This document shows, one piece after another, positions 1 through 12,535 of a stretch of DNA of 57,654 nt. The notes below the pieces were generated by a model. The model had not been told where the DNA came from. It worked only from the letters and a program-made list of their open reading frames with translations, and searched no databases. Numbering within the stretch: the first letter of the stretch is position 1; each line of letters begins with the position of its first letter. Location: NCBI GenBank assembly GCA_964016885.1, contig CAXHJY010001752.1, positions 1 through 57,654 of the forward strand. Direction: 5' to 3'. A program made the translations under genes and the position numbers. This DNA comes from Eledone cirrhosa. Taxonomy: Eukaryota.

Positions 1-85
1 TAAAGCTAAGAAACGATAGGGGGGTGTGTAGGATACACACATACATAATACATACACACGACGCTCAGCTTTATAATATTATAGA
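1..85 (-). mobile_element. 5' end of a non-autonomous Helitron running out of the window
   Basis: The minus strand reads A|TCTATAATATTATAAAGCTGAGCG followed by a TG/TATG-rich tract, typical of Helitron 5' TC ends. Confidence 0.5.
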
Positions 86-1548
86 TAAGTGATATAATTA
101 ACTACTCTAATGAACTCTGTGGAACTGATGGGTATGTTGTTGGTTTGCAATACTGGGTACAATACCTCTTTCAGTGGAAAAGAGATACATATATAGTTGA
201 GAAAATCAACCTGAAGTATATTCTCAGCATTTATAGAATACCAAACTATTTATTAGACTCCATGTAGTTTAACACTCCAAAACAAAATCATTCAATTTTT
301 ATTTTTAGGTTCTCAACTAGCAGGTAAGTGAATCATAAGGAGTTTAATATTTTACTAGAGGATTTGTACACCATCTAGATCCTATAAGAATTGGTACATC
401 GATCAGGACCTATAGAAACAAGGTGGGTCTTATGAATATCTGATATGCTCTTCTTTAAAAAAAAAAAAAAAAAAAAGACTCTCAGCTCTCATGAACTTTG
501 AGAAGAGTTTTCCCATGCCCAGGACCAAAAGTAGTCTTGCTCTGCTTTGCAAAATTTCTTGTTGCTCTGACACCTCCTGAAAACTGTAATTGAAAATACC
601 ACCTAAGTCTCAAAGGAATGATACTCAGCTTTAGTATCATGGTATGGATAGGATAAAAGATTTGCCTCCATAGACAGAATGAAAGCAGCAAATTGGCAGA
701 ATCTTTAGAACATTGCATAGAATGCTTCGCAGTATTCATTCCAGCTCTCTGTGTACTAGTTCCCCCACCCCACCACCAGGTCAACTTTGACTTTCACCCT
801 TTCCAGGTGGATACAGTATGTGTAATACTGAGGTCAATTCTTCTCTACATCTATTTTTTACTCACTTTCTGTCAGAAATTGATTGTGTTCAAACCTGGAG
901 ACAAGGGGACACTACCGAATTTAAAATGCCCAAGACATGCTGTATGTCATGACAGCACACCCCTATGACTCCATTAGTAGGTAAGGGTGGAATAGAACAG
1001 AATAGACAGAATAGTGATCTATTGCAGATAACATGCCCAGATAATCCAGTACCTATTCCAGACAGATAGGTGAACTGAGGCAATGTAAAATAAAAGAATG
1101 TTCAATCTAGAAACAAAATGAAATACATGTAGCAGATTTGAACTCACAGTCAATGAGTAGGAAATTCAGTACCATGACCAATCTCACTTCTAAATAACAC
1201 CAATGTCAAGATAGGTTACAAGTCTTCAAGCAACACCATATTCACAAAGTCAGTTGCACCTTAGTCTATGACTAGTATGTCAATGTTTATTACTGGTAGT
1301 ATTTAATATACACCATGGAAAAACAGATGTAAAAATAATGATGATGATGATGATGATATATTATGGAAAGCAAGATTGACACCTAATAAACAAGCTGAAA
1401 GGTAAATAGTTTAAATCCTGTTAATAGCAGAGTACTATATTCATTGCCAAAACAGCATTGTATCTGTAACTCAGCCACCTAGCTATAATACAAACTGCAA
1501 GTGTAACTAGCAGCAGCAATATATATTTAATAACTATTTTATAGCTTA

Positions 1549-1960
1549 CTAGCTGAATGACCCGGCGTTACTCAGGTTACTGCTGTTCTTATTCAGATTA
1601 GTAAACAGTAAATATGGAGACATTTTTTTTCTCATAATTATTTCAAAAATCTACATTTTATTAAAAAAAAATATCAAAATTGTAATGATAATAGAATTTA
1701 GAAATGAAAATCTTGTCAATCTTGAAGCACCTCAGGGTAAACAATATTCATTGCGTAATTTTTTGTTGGTGTCCAAATGAATAAATTGTTGCTGCTTCCA
1801 ACTCATGAGCAACCAACATAGAGTTGACCGTGGGAGAAACATGTAGTAGAGAGATCAAGTCCAACTACCTTGAAGGATTGACCCTGAGATTTGTTAATTG
1901 AAATAACAAAACTTAGTTTGACTGGTAACTGAAGCCTCTTAAATTCAACCTCACATGCAC
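1549..1960 (-). mobile_element. Helitron 3' fragment (PIF1-type helicase C-terminus plus terminus)
   Basis: RLQLPVKLSFVISINKSQGQS...FSHGQLYVGCS matches helicase motifs V/VI. Degenerate subterminal hairpin at 1560-1577 and CTAG|T end at 1549-1552. Confidence 0.8.
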
Positions 1961-2079
1961 TCACACACATATACTTGTCAGTCATCACATATGTATATGT
2001 ATGTGTGTGTTCAATGCTCTGGGTATCTGATTAAATATCTACATGAAGATGTATATATATGTAACTTACTAAGGCCTAT

Positions 2080-2760
2080 ATGAAGAATTAAGAGCTCAAG
2101 TGTGGCAAGGCCATTGCGGAAGATGAAATCCAGCCTGAGATATTAAAAGCCTTAAATACAGAAGGTATTCTCTGGCTGACTCAAGTGTGCCGGGTGGCTG
2201 GATCTCTGGAAAAGTTCCTAAGCAATGGCAATCGGGAGTGATAATCCCAATTTTCAAAAAGGGAGACAAGAGAGATTGTTCTAATTATAGAGGGATCTCC
2301 TTATTAAGCCTCCCCAGTAAAGTCTATGCAAAGTGCCTGGCAAAGAGATGTAGGGAGATTGTCGAGTACAAGCTAGTTGATGAACAGTGGTTTTTGTCCT
2401 GGACGCAGCACAGCCGACCAAATATTCACACTGCAGCAGGTCTTTGAGAAATCATGGGAGTATTGCCAAGATGTATATTCTTGTTTTGTAAACCTCGCAA
2501 AGGTATACGACTGCATTCCTCAGGGCCTGCTTTGGAAGGTTCTCCATGAGTATGGAATCAATGGCCAGCTTCTTGTTGCCCCAATGTCTCTATATGAATA
2601 CCCGAGTATGTGTGTTTGGATAAATGGTGCTAAATCGAAACCATTTGTACTGAGACCTCTCCTGTTCTTTATTTTCATGAACAGGATTGATATGTGCAGT
2701 CAGGTTAAAAGTGGTATAATAATTGGCAGATGTAAAATCAGTTGGCTGCTATCCAAGAAG
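2080..2760 (+). mobile_element. RTE-clade LINE fragment (Rex3/Expander-like RT)
   Basis: WQSGVIIPIFKKGDKRDCSNYRGISLLSLPSKVY and GFCPGRSTADQIFTL; frameshifted. Confidence 0.85.
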
Positions 2761-3289
2761 ATTGAATAACTACATAGACATTCCTTGATTGTCAGTATGT
2801 CATGCATGTGGAGACCCATGAGATGTATATCATACTAGAAAAAAAAACCCCAAATTGTTTTAGAAGAGCAAAGTAAGCAATATATTGAATTAATTCATAT
2901 GTTCTAGAGCAGGCATAGGTAACATAGCTGCATATATTGGGCCGCATGGTTAAAAGGAAAATTTTAACAAACATCGACAGGGAATCACTTTGCTCTACCA
3001 AAACTTGAAGTGAGAAAAAGTATGAGAGAACGAGAGAGAAGGAAATGAAAATGTTTAAATTATCAGTCAGACCTAAAGATTATGGAACAAAATTTTTGTA
3101 AAAATGTTATTTTTATATAATCATGACATTATATGTGCTATAAGAAACACTATAAAGAGTTGTGTGATGCCCAAATGCTGCAGGTTGTCAATACCATTTC
3201 TAGAATGTCTTACATTCTAAAAATGGTATGCATGGGCCACCTATGCTGATATCGATTCCAGCCATACATCTTTAGACATTCTTATTTAA

Positions 3290-3501
3290 CCCTTTAGCAT
3301 TTAAACCAGCTGTATCTGGCTAGAATTCTTTCACTTCTTTCTGGCAATAACCATCCACTCATACTGACGTTAAGGTATTGTTCTCAAAATAAATAATATC
3401 AAAATCTCGTACATTCGATATTATGTGAGATAATTATGTAAGATAAAGCCTTTGCCACAAAAATACAATAGTATATATAGAGTAATGTAAATGCTAAAGG
3501 G
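3290..3501. mobile_element. piggyBac-type MITE
   Basis: TIRs CCCTTTAGCATTTA / TAAATGCTAAAGGG with TTAA at 3286-3289 and 3502-3505. Related copies at 24482 and at about 29079 and 29516. Confidence 0.85.
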
Positions 3502-3724
3502 TTAAATATTCTTATCACACATGTAGATGTTAGAGCTTTGGTAAGTATATCTTTGATGAAATATGTAACATGAAACTTTGCATCAAGAAACTTTGTGTGT
3601 TCCTAAACCAATCGGGCCATCCTTGAAACCTGATCTCCATATGGTGTATGGAGAGCGTTAGCATTATAGAGTTTATCCTCTCAAAGTTATAAGCATTATC
3701 AGAATGAAAATTGATGGTATAGAG

Positions 3725-4015
3725 CAGTCATGGGCAACCTGCGGCCCACGGAGCTTTCTGAATGGCTCCCCTAAGTCCCCTAAGTGAAATCATTCTGATT
3801 TTTTTACCCAAACTTTTCAGTCGTAATTTATCTTTCCATCATTTTTATGATCGAGGAAAACAACGTGTACCAATTCTGAAGAAACAAATCAAAACAAACT
3901 GAGTTACCGCCCTTTTTTTTAATGTGGGCATGAATGTAAATTAGTGCTTGAGGCCTGCCTGATGATGAACCATATCTCATGCGGCCCGCTTCTCAAAAAA
4001 GGTTGCCCATGCCTG
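3725..4015. mobile_element. hAT (Charlie-like) MITE
   Basis: TIRs CAGTCATGGGCAACCT / AGGTTGCCCATGCCTG and a perfect 8-bp TSD GTATAGAG (3717-3724, 4016-4023). Confidence 0.92.
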
Positions 4016-4069
4016 GTATAGAGTATACTAAGAATTTGTTCTTATATCCTAATTTTTATTTTTATCGCT

Positions 4070-4621
4070 CACTTATTCCTGAGAGGATCATGGGGGCAGA
4101 GTCCTCAGACATTCCTTCCAGTAGGTTCTGTCAGCAGCACCATCTCCAACAGATCTGGCTGCATCCCCAAGCATGACCAGCCAAGCTCATGGATGTTATC
4201 CAACCATCTTGCTAGGGGTCTACCCCTAGGTCTCCTGCCAGTTGGTTTTGCCCATCAAATATGTCCAGCGATTCTTTCCCAAGACATTCTAACCACATGT
4301 CCATAGTATCGGAGCTGTGATCTCTCAATTTGGAGAAGTAGCGCCTTTACCTGGAGTAACTCTCTGATCTCTGAATTACACATCCTATTGAGTAATGTTA
4401 CTCCAAAGACCATTCGGAGGAACCCCATTTCAGCAGCTTGTATTTGCAATCGTATTCTTTTGGTGATTACCCAAGATTCATGACCATAGGTAAGGGTTGG
4501 CATGTATACCGAATTGAAGATAGCGAGTTTGGCTTTTACGCCTACCTCCCTTCTTCTGATTACTGAATGCTGAAGCTGGCACATTACTGCACCAGCTCCT
4601 GCAATTCTTGCACCTAATTCA
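4070..4621 (-). mobile_element. RTE LINE 3' fragment (Rex3/Expander-like)
   Basis: SVYMPTLTYGHESWVITKRIRLQIQAAEMGFLR...RSQLRYYGHVVRM. Confidence 0.85.
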
Positions 4622-5040
4622 GTGACAAACAGCACCCAGCACACACTGTAAAGTGATTGTGTAGGTATCACAACAGAAAGTACCCACCCCACGCTCTAAA
4701 GTGGTCGTGATGGTGACATGGCAAAAAGCACCCAGCTCACACTGTAAAGTGGTCGTGTAGGTATCATGACAAAAATCTCCCAGTGCACACTGTAAATTGG
4801 TTGTGTAGGTGTCACAACAAACAACACCCAGCCTACACTGTAAATTGGTTGTGTAGGTGTCACAACAAACAACACCCAGCCTATACTGTAAATTGGTTGT
4901 GTAGGTGTCACAACAAAAAGTAGCCAGCCCACACTGTAAAGTGGTCGTGATGGTGACATAGCAAAAAGCACCCAGCCCACACTGTAAAGTGGTCGTGTAG
5001 GTGTCACAACAAAAAGCACCCAGCACACACTGTCAATGTG
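4622..5040 (+). repeat. 48-bp minisatellite, about 9 units, within an RTE-LINE 3' UTR-derived element (4622-5180)
   Basis: The CACTGT anchor (or a 1-2 mismatch variant) recurs at 4644, 4692, 4740, 4788, 4836, 4884, 4932, 4980 and 5028. It is followed by the GGAAGGG(C/T)ATCCAGC domain and the CCCATGCTAGCGTGGAA...(TGA)n tail. Confidence 0.92.
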
Positions 5041-5722
5041 GTTGGCATTAGGAAGGGTATCCAGCCATAGAAACCAAGCCAGAAATAGTTCACCTGACCC
5101 GACTTGCCTCAAACAAGACATCCTGTCTAACCCATGCTAGCGTGGAAAATAGACATTAAACAATGATGACGATGATGGTGGTTCCTCATACATGAGGGTG
5201 GGAGACCAATCACACTACTAGCTATTTTTAAATCAGGGGTTACTGACTCTTATATTGCAATAAGATTGTAATTAGGATTTCAATATATTTCCATATAATA
5301 AAATAACATATTTTATTCTTCTTTCTTCAGATAACAGCTTCTTGCTACCTTGAGGTATTTTCTAGTGTAGAATAACCAAAGTGAAGCAATTGAATCTATT
5401 TGAATATATAGAATTTGCTTCATAGCTTGCATGAGAGAAATAAATTAAAGCTAAGCACAAACGTTTGTTGCAGAGTTATTACAAAATAATCTCAGTGGGT
5501 CAGAGAAAATTTAATGACAGACTTGCAGACACTGACTAAGCAAATGCTAACATAGAGATATTTCAGTAAAAACACCTAAATAGTTGCCTTCTTAAGTTAC
5601 TGACGAGAATATAGTTGTATAAAATGATAGTAATGTTAAACCTTTTTACCACTAAACTTGGATTGAATTTTCGTAAGTTTTACATAAGAGTTTTCATTTC
5701 AGTTTATTTTACTTTAATATAG

Positions 5723-6070
5723 AGGCACATGGCTTAGTGGTTAGAGCATTGGCCTTGTAATCGAAAGGTTGTGAGTTCAATTCTCAGACCGGTTGATGTG
5801 TTGTTTCCTTGAACAAGACACTTTATTTCACATTGCTCCAGTTTACTCAGTTGTAGAAATGAGATGATAGGGGCTGGGGTCCATATCAATCCACTGCAAA
5901 GTGGTCGTGGAGGTGCCACGGCAAAAAAGCACCTAGCACTCACTGTAAATGAGGTTAGTGTTAGGAAGGGCATCCAGCTGTAGAAATCAAGCCAGAATCA
6001 GTTCCCGTCCCACCCTTGCAAGCAGGGAAAAAGCGGACGTAAAAATGAAATGATGATGAATGAAATGATG
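5723..6070 (+). mobile_element. tRNA-derived CORE-type SINE with RTE-derived tail
   Basis: A-box TGGCTTAGTGG, B-box-like GAGTTCAATTC, CORE-like TCCTTGAACAAGACACTT, one 48-bp unit, then the LINE tail and (TGA)n. A closely similar copy lies at 56878-57185. Confidence 0.8.
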
Positions 6071-6289
6071 ATATGAAAGACTGAAGATTAAAGATAGTCT
6101 GAAAATTGAAAGTATGATCACACAAGGAATACTTTGAATAGCATAACGGAACTACTACTGTAGAAACTACTCAAATTATAAATGATGTTTCTATAGAAAA
6201 ATTCAAAGGACAATCTCTACAATAATTTTTGGCATAAAATTGATAAATAAAAACAGCGTATTTCATTGATATTTAAATATTCTTGCACA

Positions 6290-6600
6290 CAGAGAGAACA
6301 TGAGTTTATGAGGAATCTGAAGAGGTGTGTGGGAGAGAAGACTGCATTTGTACAGACATGTGATGCGCATGGATGATGATCGACGGGTGAATAAGTACCA
6401 GGAAATTCCAGTGGAAGGAAGCCGCAGTAGAGGTAGACCAAGAAAGACCCGGGCAGAGATGGTGAGAACTGATCTCAAATCACTGAAACCCAGAGATGAT
6501 GAAAGAACACACTGAGTGGAGAGATGCTGTACTGAAAAGGATCTGTGCAACCCTTGCAAGCATGGAAAACCGGACGTAGAAATGATGATGATAGTGATGC
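6290..6600 (+). mobile_element. RTE LINE 3' end fragment
   Basis: ERRLHLYRHVMRM...GRPRKT followed by the GCAAGCATGGAAAA...GATGATGAT tail. Confidence 0.75.
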
Positions 6601-7729
6601 ATATACAAAGTTTGTTTAGCTATTTTAGTCATTTTTGGAGATGTTCTTTCCAATAACAGATTTACTTATTATTAATGTAGTGGAGTAGCTGAGACTCACA
6701 GGAGATGGCGAAGGAACATAACGAGTGGAATGATACTGTGCAGCGAAGGACCCATTCAACCCATGCAAGCATGGAAAAATGAACATACAAATGATGATGA
6801 TGACGAAGCTATCTACATTTTTTGTGTATAAGAAAGAGTAAAGAGAGAGGGGGGAGGGGGGGGGGGTCATGATGATTCAATACTTAAATCATATAAATTC
6901 ATCAACTTAACTACCAATAACTTTTTCCTAATGTATGAACAAAAGTAACAATGTTTGATGTGAAGATTTTTCCCAAGATAAGATCCATATCTGTAGTTTT
7001 TATGTGAATGCATATATAAGACAGTTGCAATGTGCAACAGATGTATGTATTTAAAACTGTAGGGTAAAAGGGGTGACTTCAGATGGTTTGGTATCAAAAG
7101 GATAAATTTTGAAAAATTATGAAAATTAGCTAGTGAAAGTAATTTGGTAGATGGAAACTGTTTGGAAGTCTTTCATATATGTGTGTGTGTATGTGCATGT
7201 GTATATATGTGTGTGTATGTGTCTGCTTATAGTATTATTCTGAAATGGACATACTAATTTGCATATAATTAGCACTCGTGTTGGTAATTAATTAGAATAT
7301 ATAGTAAAAAATGCACTAGCAGCCAAAGTGTATGATAAAGTTATATCTTATTAAATACAGAGTGTGTAACTGAGACTGCACCAATGTGTATAAATATATA
7401 CACATATCTAATATGTAGGCATGTAAACATACCAGAAAATATGAATTTCCCCATAACAGCTGTTTGATAAAAAAGAGATCAATTGAGTAAGTACCAGACT
7501 TGAAAATGAAAAGTACTGAGGTCCATATAATTTAGTCTAGTGAATAAAACCAGTAATAAAACAAATAATACAGTCACATGACCAATTACATTGTCTAATC
7601 AACAAGTAAATACCAATTGTATATTTGTATTGCATTGAGTTTGCCATTCATTGTTTTAAGATTAACATGGGAATGAACATTGTAGTGAGCATCTTATTAT
7701 AATATATACACACAAACACTTATTCACCC

Positions 7730-9700
7730 ACTTGTTCCTGGGAGGGCCATGGTGGTAGACTCCTTAAACACATCATGTCAGAAGCAAATATCTCCATTTG
7801 ATTTGGCTGGATCCCCAAGTGAGACCAGCTGAGTTCATGGATGTTATCCAACCATCTTGCTCGGGGTCTTGTATTCGCGATCGTATTCTTTCAGTCATTA
7901 CCCAAGATATATGACAATAGGTAAGGGTTGGCACGAATACCGAATTAAAGTTAACGAGTTTGACTTTTACACCTACTCCCTTTTGATTACAAAATGATTA
8001 AGCTGGCACGAATACCAAATTGAAGATGGCTTTTAGATCTACCTCCCTTCTTCTGATTACTGAATCCTGAAGCTGGCACATTACTGCACCAGCTCCTGCA
8101 ATTCTTGCACTTAATTCAACTTCCTGCCTTCCATCACTCATGAAAACAGCCCCGAGATACTTGAATTTCTTCACCTACTTCAGTGGAATTCCATTCACAT
8201 GTAGAGTGCACTGCACAGGCTTCATTGAGAGGACAATTGTCTCAGTTTTCGCAGCACAGATTTTCATTCCAGCCATGCAGCACTCAGCAGCAAACCTATC
8301 AAGTGCATGTCAGAAATCACCTTCCAATGAGTTAAGTAGTACCATGTCATCTACAAATTCCAGCCGACTGATTTTACACCTGCACATGTCAATCCAGTTT
8401 ATGAAGATTATGAACAGGAGAGGTGACAGTACGTAGCCTTGGCAGAGTCCGACTCACACATCAAATGGTTTCAATTTAGCATCATTTATCTAAACACAAA
8501 TACTAGGGTATTTGTATAGAGACATCAAGGCAACAAGAAGCTGACCATCAATCCCATACTCTAGCAGAACCTTCGATAGCAAGTCCCATGGAATGCGGTT
8601 GTATGCCTTCTCGAAGACCTTGCCGCAGTGTGAATATTTGGTCGGCTGTGCTGCATCCATGGTGAAAACTATACTGTTCATCAGCTAGCTTGGACTCAAC
8701 AATCTCCCTACACCTCTTTGCCAGACACTTAGCATAAATTGTACTAAGGAGGCTTGCTTAACAGATTCCTCTATAATTGGAGCAATCTCTCTTGTCTCCC
8801 TTTTTGAAAATGGGGATTATCACACCCAATTGCCATTGCTTAGGAACCTTTCCAGAGATCCAAGCCATCCAGTATATATGAATCAGCCAGAGAATACCTT
8901 CTCTATTTAAGGTTTTTTAACATCTCAGGCCAAAATTCATCTTCTCCAGTGGCCTTGCCACATTTGAGCTCTCTAATTGCTCTTGTGACCTCAGCCTCAG
9001 AGATTAGTCATCTCTCCCAGATGCACCTCATGTACCTCAAAAGATGCTGTGACCAGGTTTAGGTGAGCAGCAAAGTATTCTCTCCACCTAATGAGGATGC
9101 ACCTCTCTCAAGAGAGGAGAACCCCAGATGTGTTGCTGATAGCAAATGTGGAGGACTTATTATGAAGACAGCAGATGGTTTTCCACAATATTTTATTTGC
9201 TGATCTGAAGTCAGATTCCAACTTAACCCGAAAGTCATCCCATGTCTTAATTTTGGATGCCTTTACTGTCTCTGCTGTGACTTATTATGCCTGCTTGGAC
9301 CACAAGTGCAAGAAGGAGGCCTACCAAGCTTTGTAGGCCTCCTTCTTTGCTCTGATGGCATTTTTGACTGCTTGACTGAAGCAATGGGTCCTCCTGCCAT
9401 CACACTCCACTCTGTTTCAATGTCCTCAGTTTGCTTTGAGGGGTTTATGAACTTGGATGCAATAGTACTCACATACCGCATCTTGATCTCCATATCAACC
9501 AGTGCTTTCCACTTTATCCTGTAGGTTGACCTGGTCCTGCCAGTTTCGTGGGCTTCCTTAGCTTTAGGTAGTCTCAAGTTGCAGATAACTAGACGGTGAT
9601 CAGTTGACAGCTCAGTCCTCTCTTAACACAAGCATTCAGCACTGAATCGAAGAGATCAGAGACAATAACAAAATCAATTATTCATCTCAGTCCCTGATTC
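7730..9700 (-). mobile_element. Degenerate RTE LINE (Rex3/Expander-like), endonuclease end to 3' end
   Basis: Same family as 2080-2760 (inverted) and 4070-4621. FEKAYNRIP...GIDGQLL; internal duplication of about 75 bp at 7928-8080. Confidence 0.8.
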
Positions 9701-9869
9701 CCCTTATACCATGTATATTTATGTATGTCTTTGTGCTGGAAGAAGTGTTCATAATAGAGAGCGCATATATATACATATATACAGAGAGAGGGAGAGAGAG
9801 AGAGACTGTGGTTACAATTATTTTCAGTGTTTAAGATTTGTATATGTTCTAATATATATATATATACAT

Positions 9870-10520
9870 ATCATCATCATCATTGTTATTGTTTTTATGT
9901 CCACTTTTCCATACTTGCATAGGTCAGATGGGTCCTTCTCAGCATGGCATTATTCCACACATCGCAATCCTTTTTCATCACCTCTGTGAGTCTCAGAGAT
10001 TTGAGGTCAGCTCTCAAAACCTCTGTCCAGGTCTTTCTCAGTCTACCTCTACCACGACCACGACTTCCTTCCACTGGCATTTCCTGGCACTTCTTCACTC
10101 AACGATTATTGTCTATGCGTATCACATGTCCAAACCAACACAGACTTCTCTCCTGCACACTACCTTGAACTCCTTTTAAACCCAGCTTCTTCTGCAACTT
10201 GTCCAAGCTCTGCCTCTCTCCCACACATACATTGAACATCCAATGAAGCATGGCTGTTTCATTTCTCTCCAGTCTACTCACATCTTCCGCAGTCACTGCC
10301 CATGTTTCACTACCATGCAGCATCACACTTGACACACAGGCGTCCCTTTGTACATAGAGAGAAACCTTTTGTGGTCAACTGTGGAAGTAGCTCTCTGAAC
10401 TTTTTCCATCCTATCCTTATTCTAGCTATTATTCTCTCAGAGCACACCCCTCCATTGCTAATTACATTGCCTAGATGGCAGAAGCTATCGACCAATTCTA
10501 TGGGTCCTTCCTATGACTAG
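9870..10520 (-). mobile_element. RTE LINE 3' portion (PHD-bearing family)
   Basis: VDSFCHLG...RIRIGWKKFRELLP, MLHGSETWA, (CAT)n tail. Confidence 0.85.
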
Positions 10521-10589
10521 AATAGGCTTACATTACTGGTTATCTTCCTCTCAGATACCCCTGTGCATATATATACATATATATATATG

Positions 10590-11005
10590 ATGATGATGAT
10601 GGACTCTCCCGTTGATTCAACGTATGAGGGTTCAACCGTCTTTTCAGTTCATTGTTTTATGTTTATGCCTCAAATGGCACTTCAATCCAGCTGCTCATTT
10701 ATACATATCAATCCACATTTGGTGCAGGTGAACAGAGCAAGCTGGAATGCCTGACCGGATTTTGGTGTTAGATCTTATCTCCCAGAGGTGGGCAAAACGA
10801 GATTTCTCAAAGTTTTTTATATCTTCGTGGCAGACAGTTCTCCATTTTTTATGGTTGGCAGTCATAGCTTCAAACGAAGAAAGAGGTACGTTGACATACT
10901 TAAGATTGTACTTCAGTTTGTTCTTATATTGGAGTAGTGGTCTGCCCACACTATGCACACCATCCTGGAGTTGACTGTACAACAGTACCTTAGGTGTACA
11001 GTCGA
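10590..11005 (-). mobile_element. RTE (BovB-type) LINE 3' fragment
   Basis: TPKVLLYSQL...GRPLLQYKNKLK...KKWR. Confidence 0.65.
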
Positions 11006-11029
11006 GCGAGAGAGATAATATACATTCAT

Positions 11030-12112
11030 ATTTATACATCAAGGTTCGGTCCTCAGCCTGCTCTTGTTCATTATAGTCCCCCAAGTCATAACAGAGGAGT
11101 TTAAGACTGGCTGTCCATGGGAACTTCTCTATACTGACGATCTGGTTCTTATAGCAGAATCAGTAGAGGAGCTAGAGAATAAATTCTGGCTATGGAAACA
11201 GCAGTTGGAAGCAAGAGGACTGAGAGTGAACCTAGCTAAGACAAAAGTGTTGATGAGTAGAAAAGAGGACAAAACTCTGATTCCGTCAGGGAAATGGCCA
11301 TGTTCGATATGCAGAAAAGGAACTGGCATAAATTCTATAAAATGCACACAATGCAGATCCTGGGTACACAAGAGATGTAGCGGGATAGCAGGCAAACTAA
11401 CAGGTAGGGAGAAATATGTATGCAGTAGATGTACAGGGAAATTAGACAGAAGTCGCATTGATAGACACATTTTTCAAATGCAGGAGGGCGCTATAGAAGT
11501 GGTGGATAGCTTCCGGTACCTAGGAGATCAGATTAGCATGGGAGGAGTGTGTTCCGAGGCCATAGTATCTCGAATAAGGACGGGTTGGAAGAAGTTTAGG
11601 GAGCTGCTTCCTCTGCTGACGAAGAAGGGTTTCTCCCTGCGTACGAAAGGCCGGTTGTATGATGCCTGTGTGAGGAGCGCGATGCTGCATGGTAGTGAGA
11701 CATGGGCAGCAACTGCAGAGGATATGTGACGGCTGGAGAGAAATGAGGCAAGCATGCTCCGTTGGATGTGCAGTGTAAATGTGCGTGAACGACCCAGCAT
11801 AAATGTGTTGAGAGAGAAACTGTGTCTGAGAGGGATAGAATGTAGTGTACGGGAGAGGAGACTGAGGTGGTATGGACATGTGATGTGCATGGAGGATGAC
11901 CGATGGGTGAAGAAGTGCCAGGAAATGCCAGTTGAAGGAAGACGTGGTAGAGGTAGATCACGAAAAACATGGGCGGAGGTGGTGAGAACAGACCTCAGAT
12001 CATTGAAGCTCACGGTGGAGATGACGAAGGACTATGACGAGTGGAGAGATGCTGTGCTGAATAAGACCCGTCCCACCCTTGCAAGCAGGGAAAAGCGGAC
12101 GTAAAATGATGA
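11030..12112 (+). mobile_element. RTE LINE, 5'-truncated, nearly intact ORF end with a PHD finger inside the RT
   Basis: HQGSVLSLLLFII, LLYTDDLVL, C4HC3 finger, FRYLG, MLHGSETW, RRLRWYGHV, and tail GCAAGCAGGGAAAAGCGGACGTAAAATGATGAT. One stop at 11727-11729. Confidence 0.92.
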
Positions 12113-12117
12113 TATAT

Positions 12118-12504
12118 ATCATCATCTGCACCATTTAACATCTACTTTCCATGCTTGCATGGGTTAGACAATGACAAGGTCCTGCTTATATGTTTTAGTT
12201 TGGTTTCTACAGCTAGATGCTCTTAATATCAACTACTTTACAGTATGGCTTCTATGGCTGGATGTCCTTCCTAAAACCAACCACTTTATAGTTTGCACCA
12301 GGAGCATGGTTTCTTGACTGAATGCCCTTCCTAGCACCAACCACTTTACAGCATTGACTGGGGGCATGGTTTCCATGATAGGAAGCCTTTCTTAATATAT
12401 AAATATATCTGCATGTGTGTGGTGTATATATATATATATACACACATATGGAAGGGTGGATATATGTGGGTAAATACATGTATATATGCATGTATGTGTG
12501 TATG

Positions 12505-12535
<31 letters not shown>

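Noticed and set aside
482-784. Minus-strand ORF with an acceptor-like site, considered as a BtpA exon
   Set aside because: No BtpA motif (GTP, ENMHD, GVQIL, KKH) in the frames examined.
4622-5040. Regularly spaced repeats resembling a CRISPR array; Cys-rich repeat ORFs 4619-5026 and 4696-5121
   Set aside because: The units are contiguous 48-mers without unique spacers, there are no cas genes, and the context is eukaryotic. The ORFs are a by-product of the 48-bp period.
5331-5354. Plus-strand 24-nt micro-exon-like sequence (polypyrimidine-AG ... GAG|GT)
   Set aside because: No plus-strand gene to attach it to; such signals occur by chance in AT-rich DNA.
5723-5800. tRNA-like sequences (also 34945, 41570, 56878)
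   Set aside because: The A/B boxes run into SINE bodies with no proper cloverleaf; these are SINE heads, not tRNA genes.
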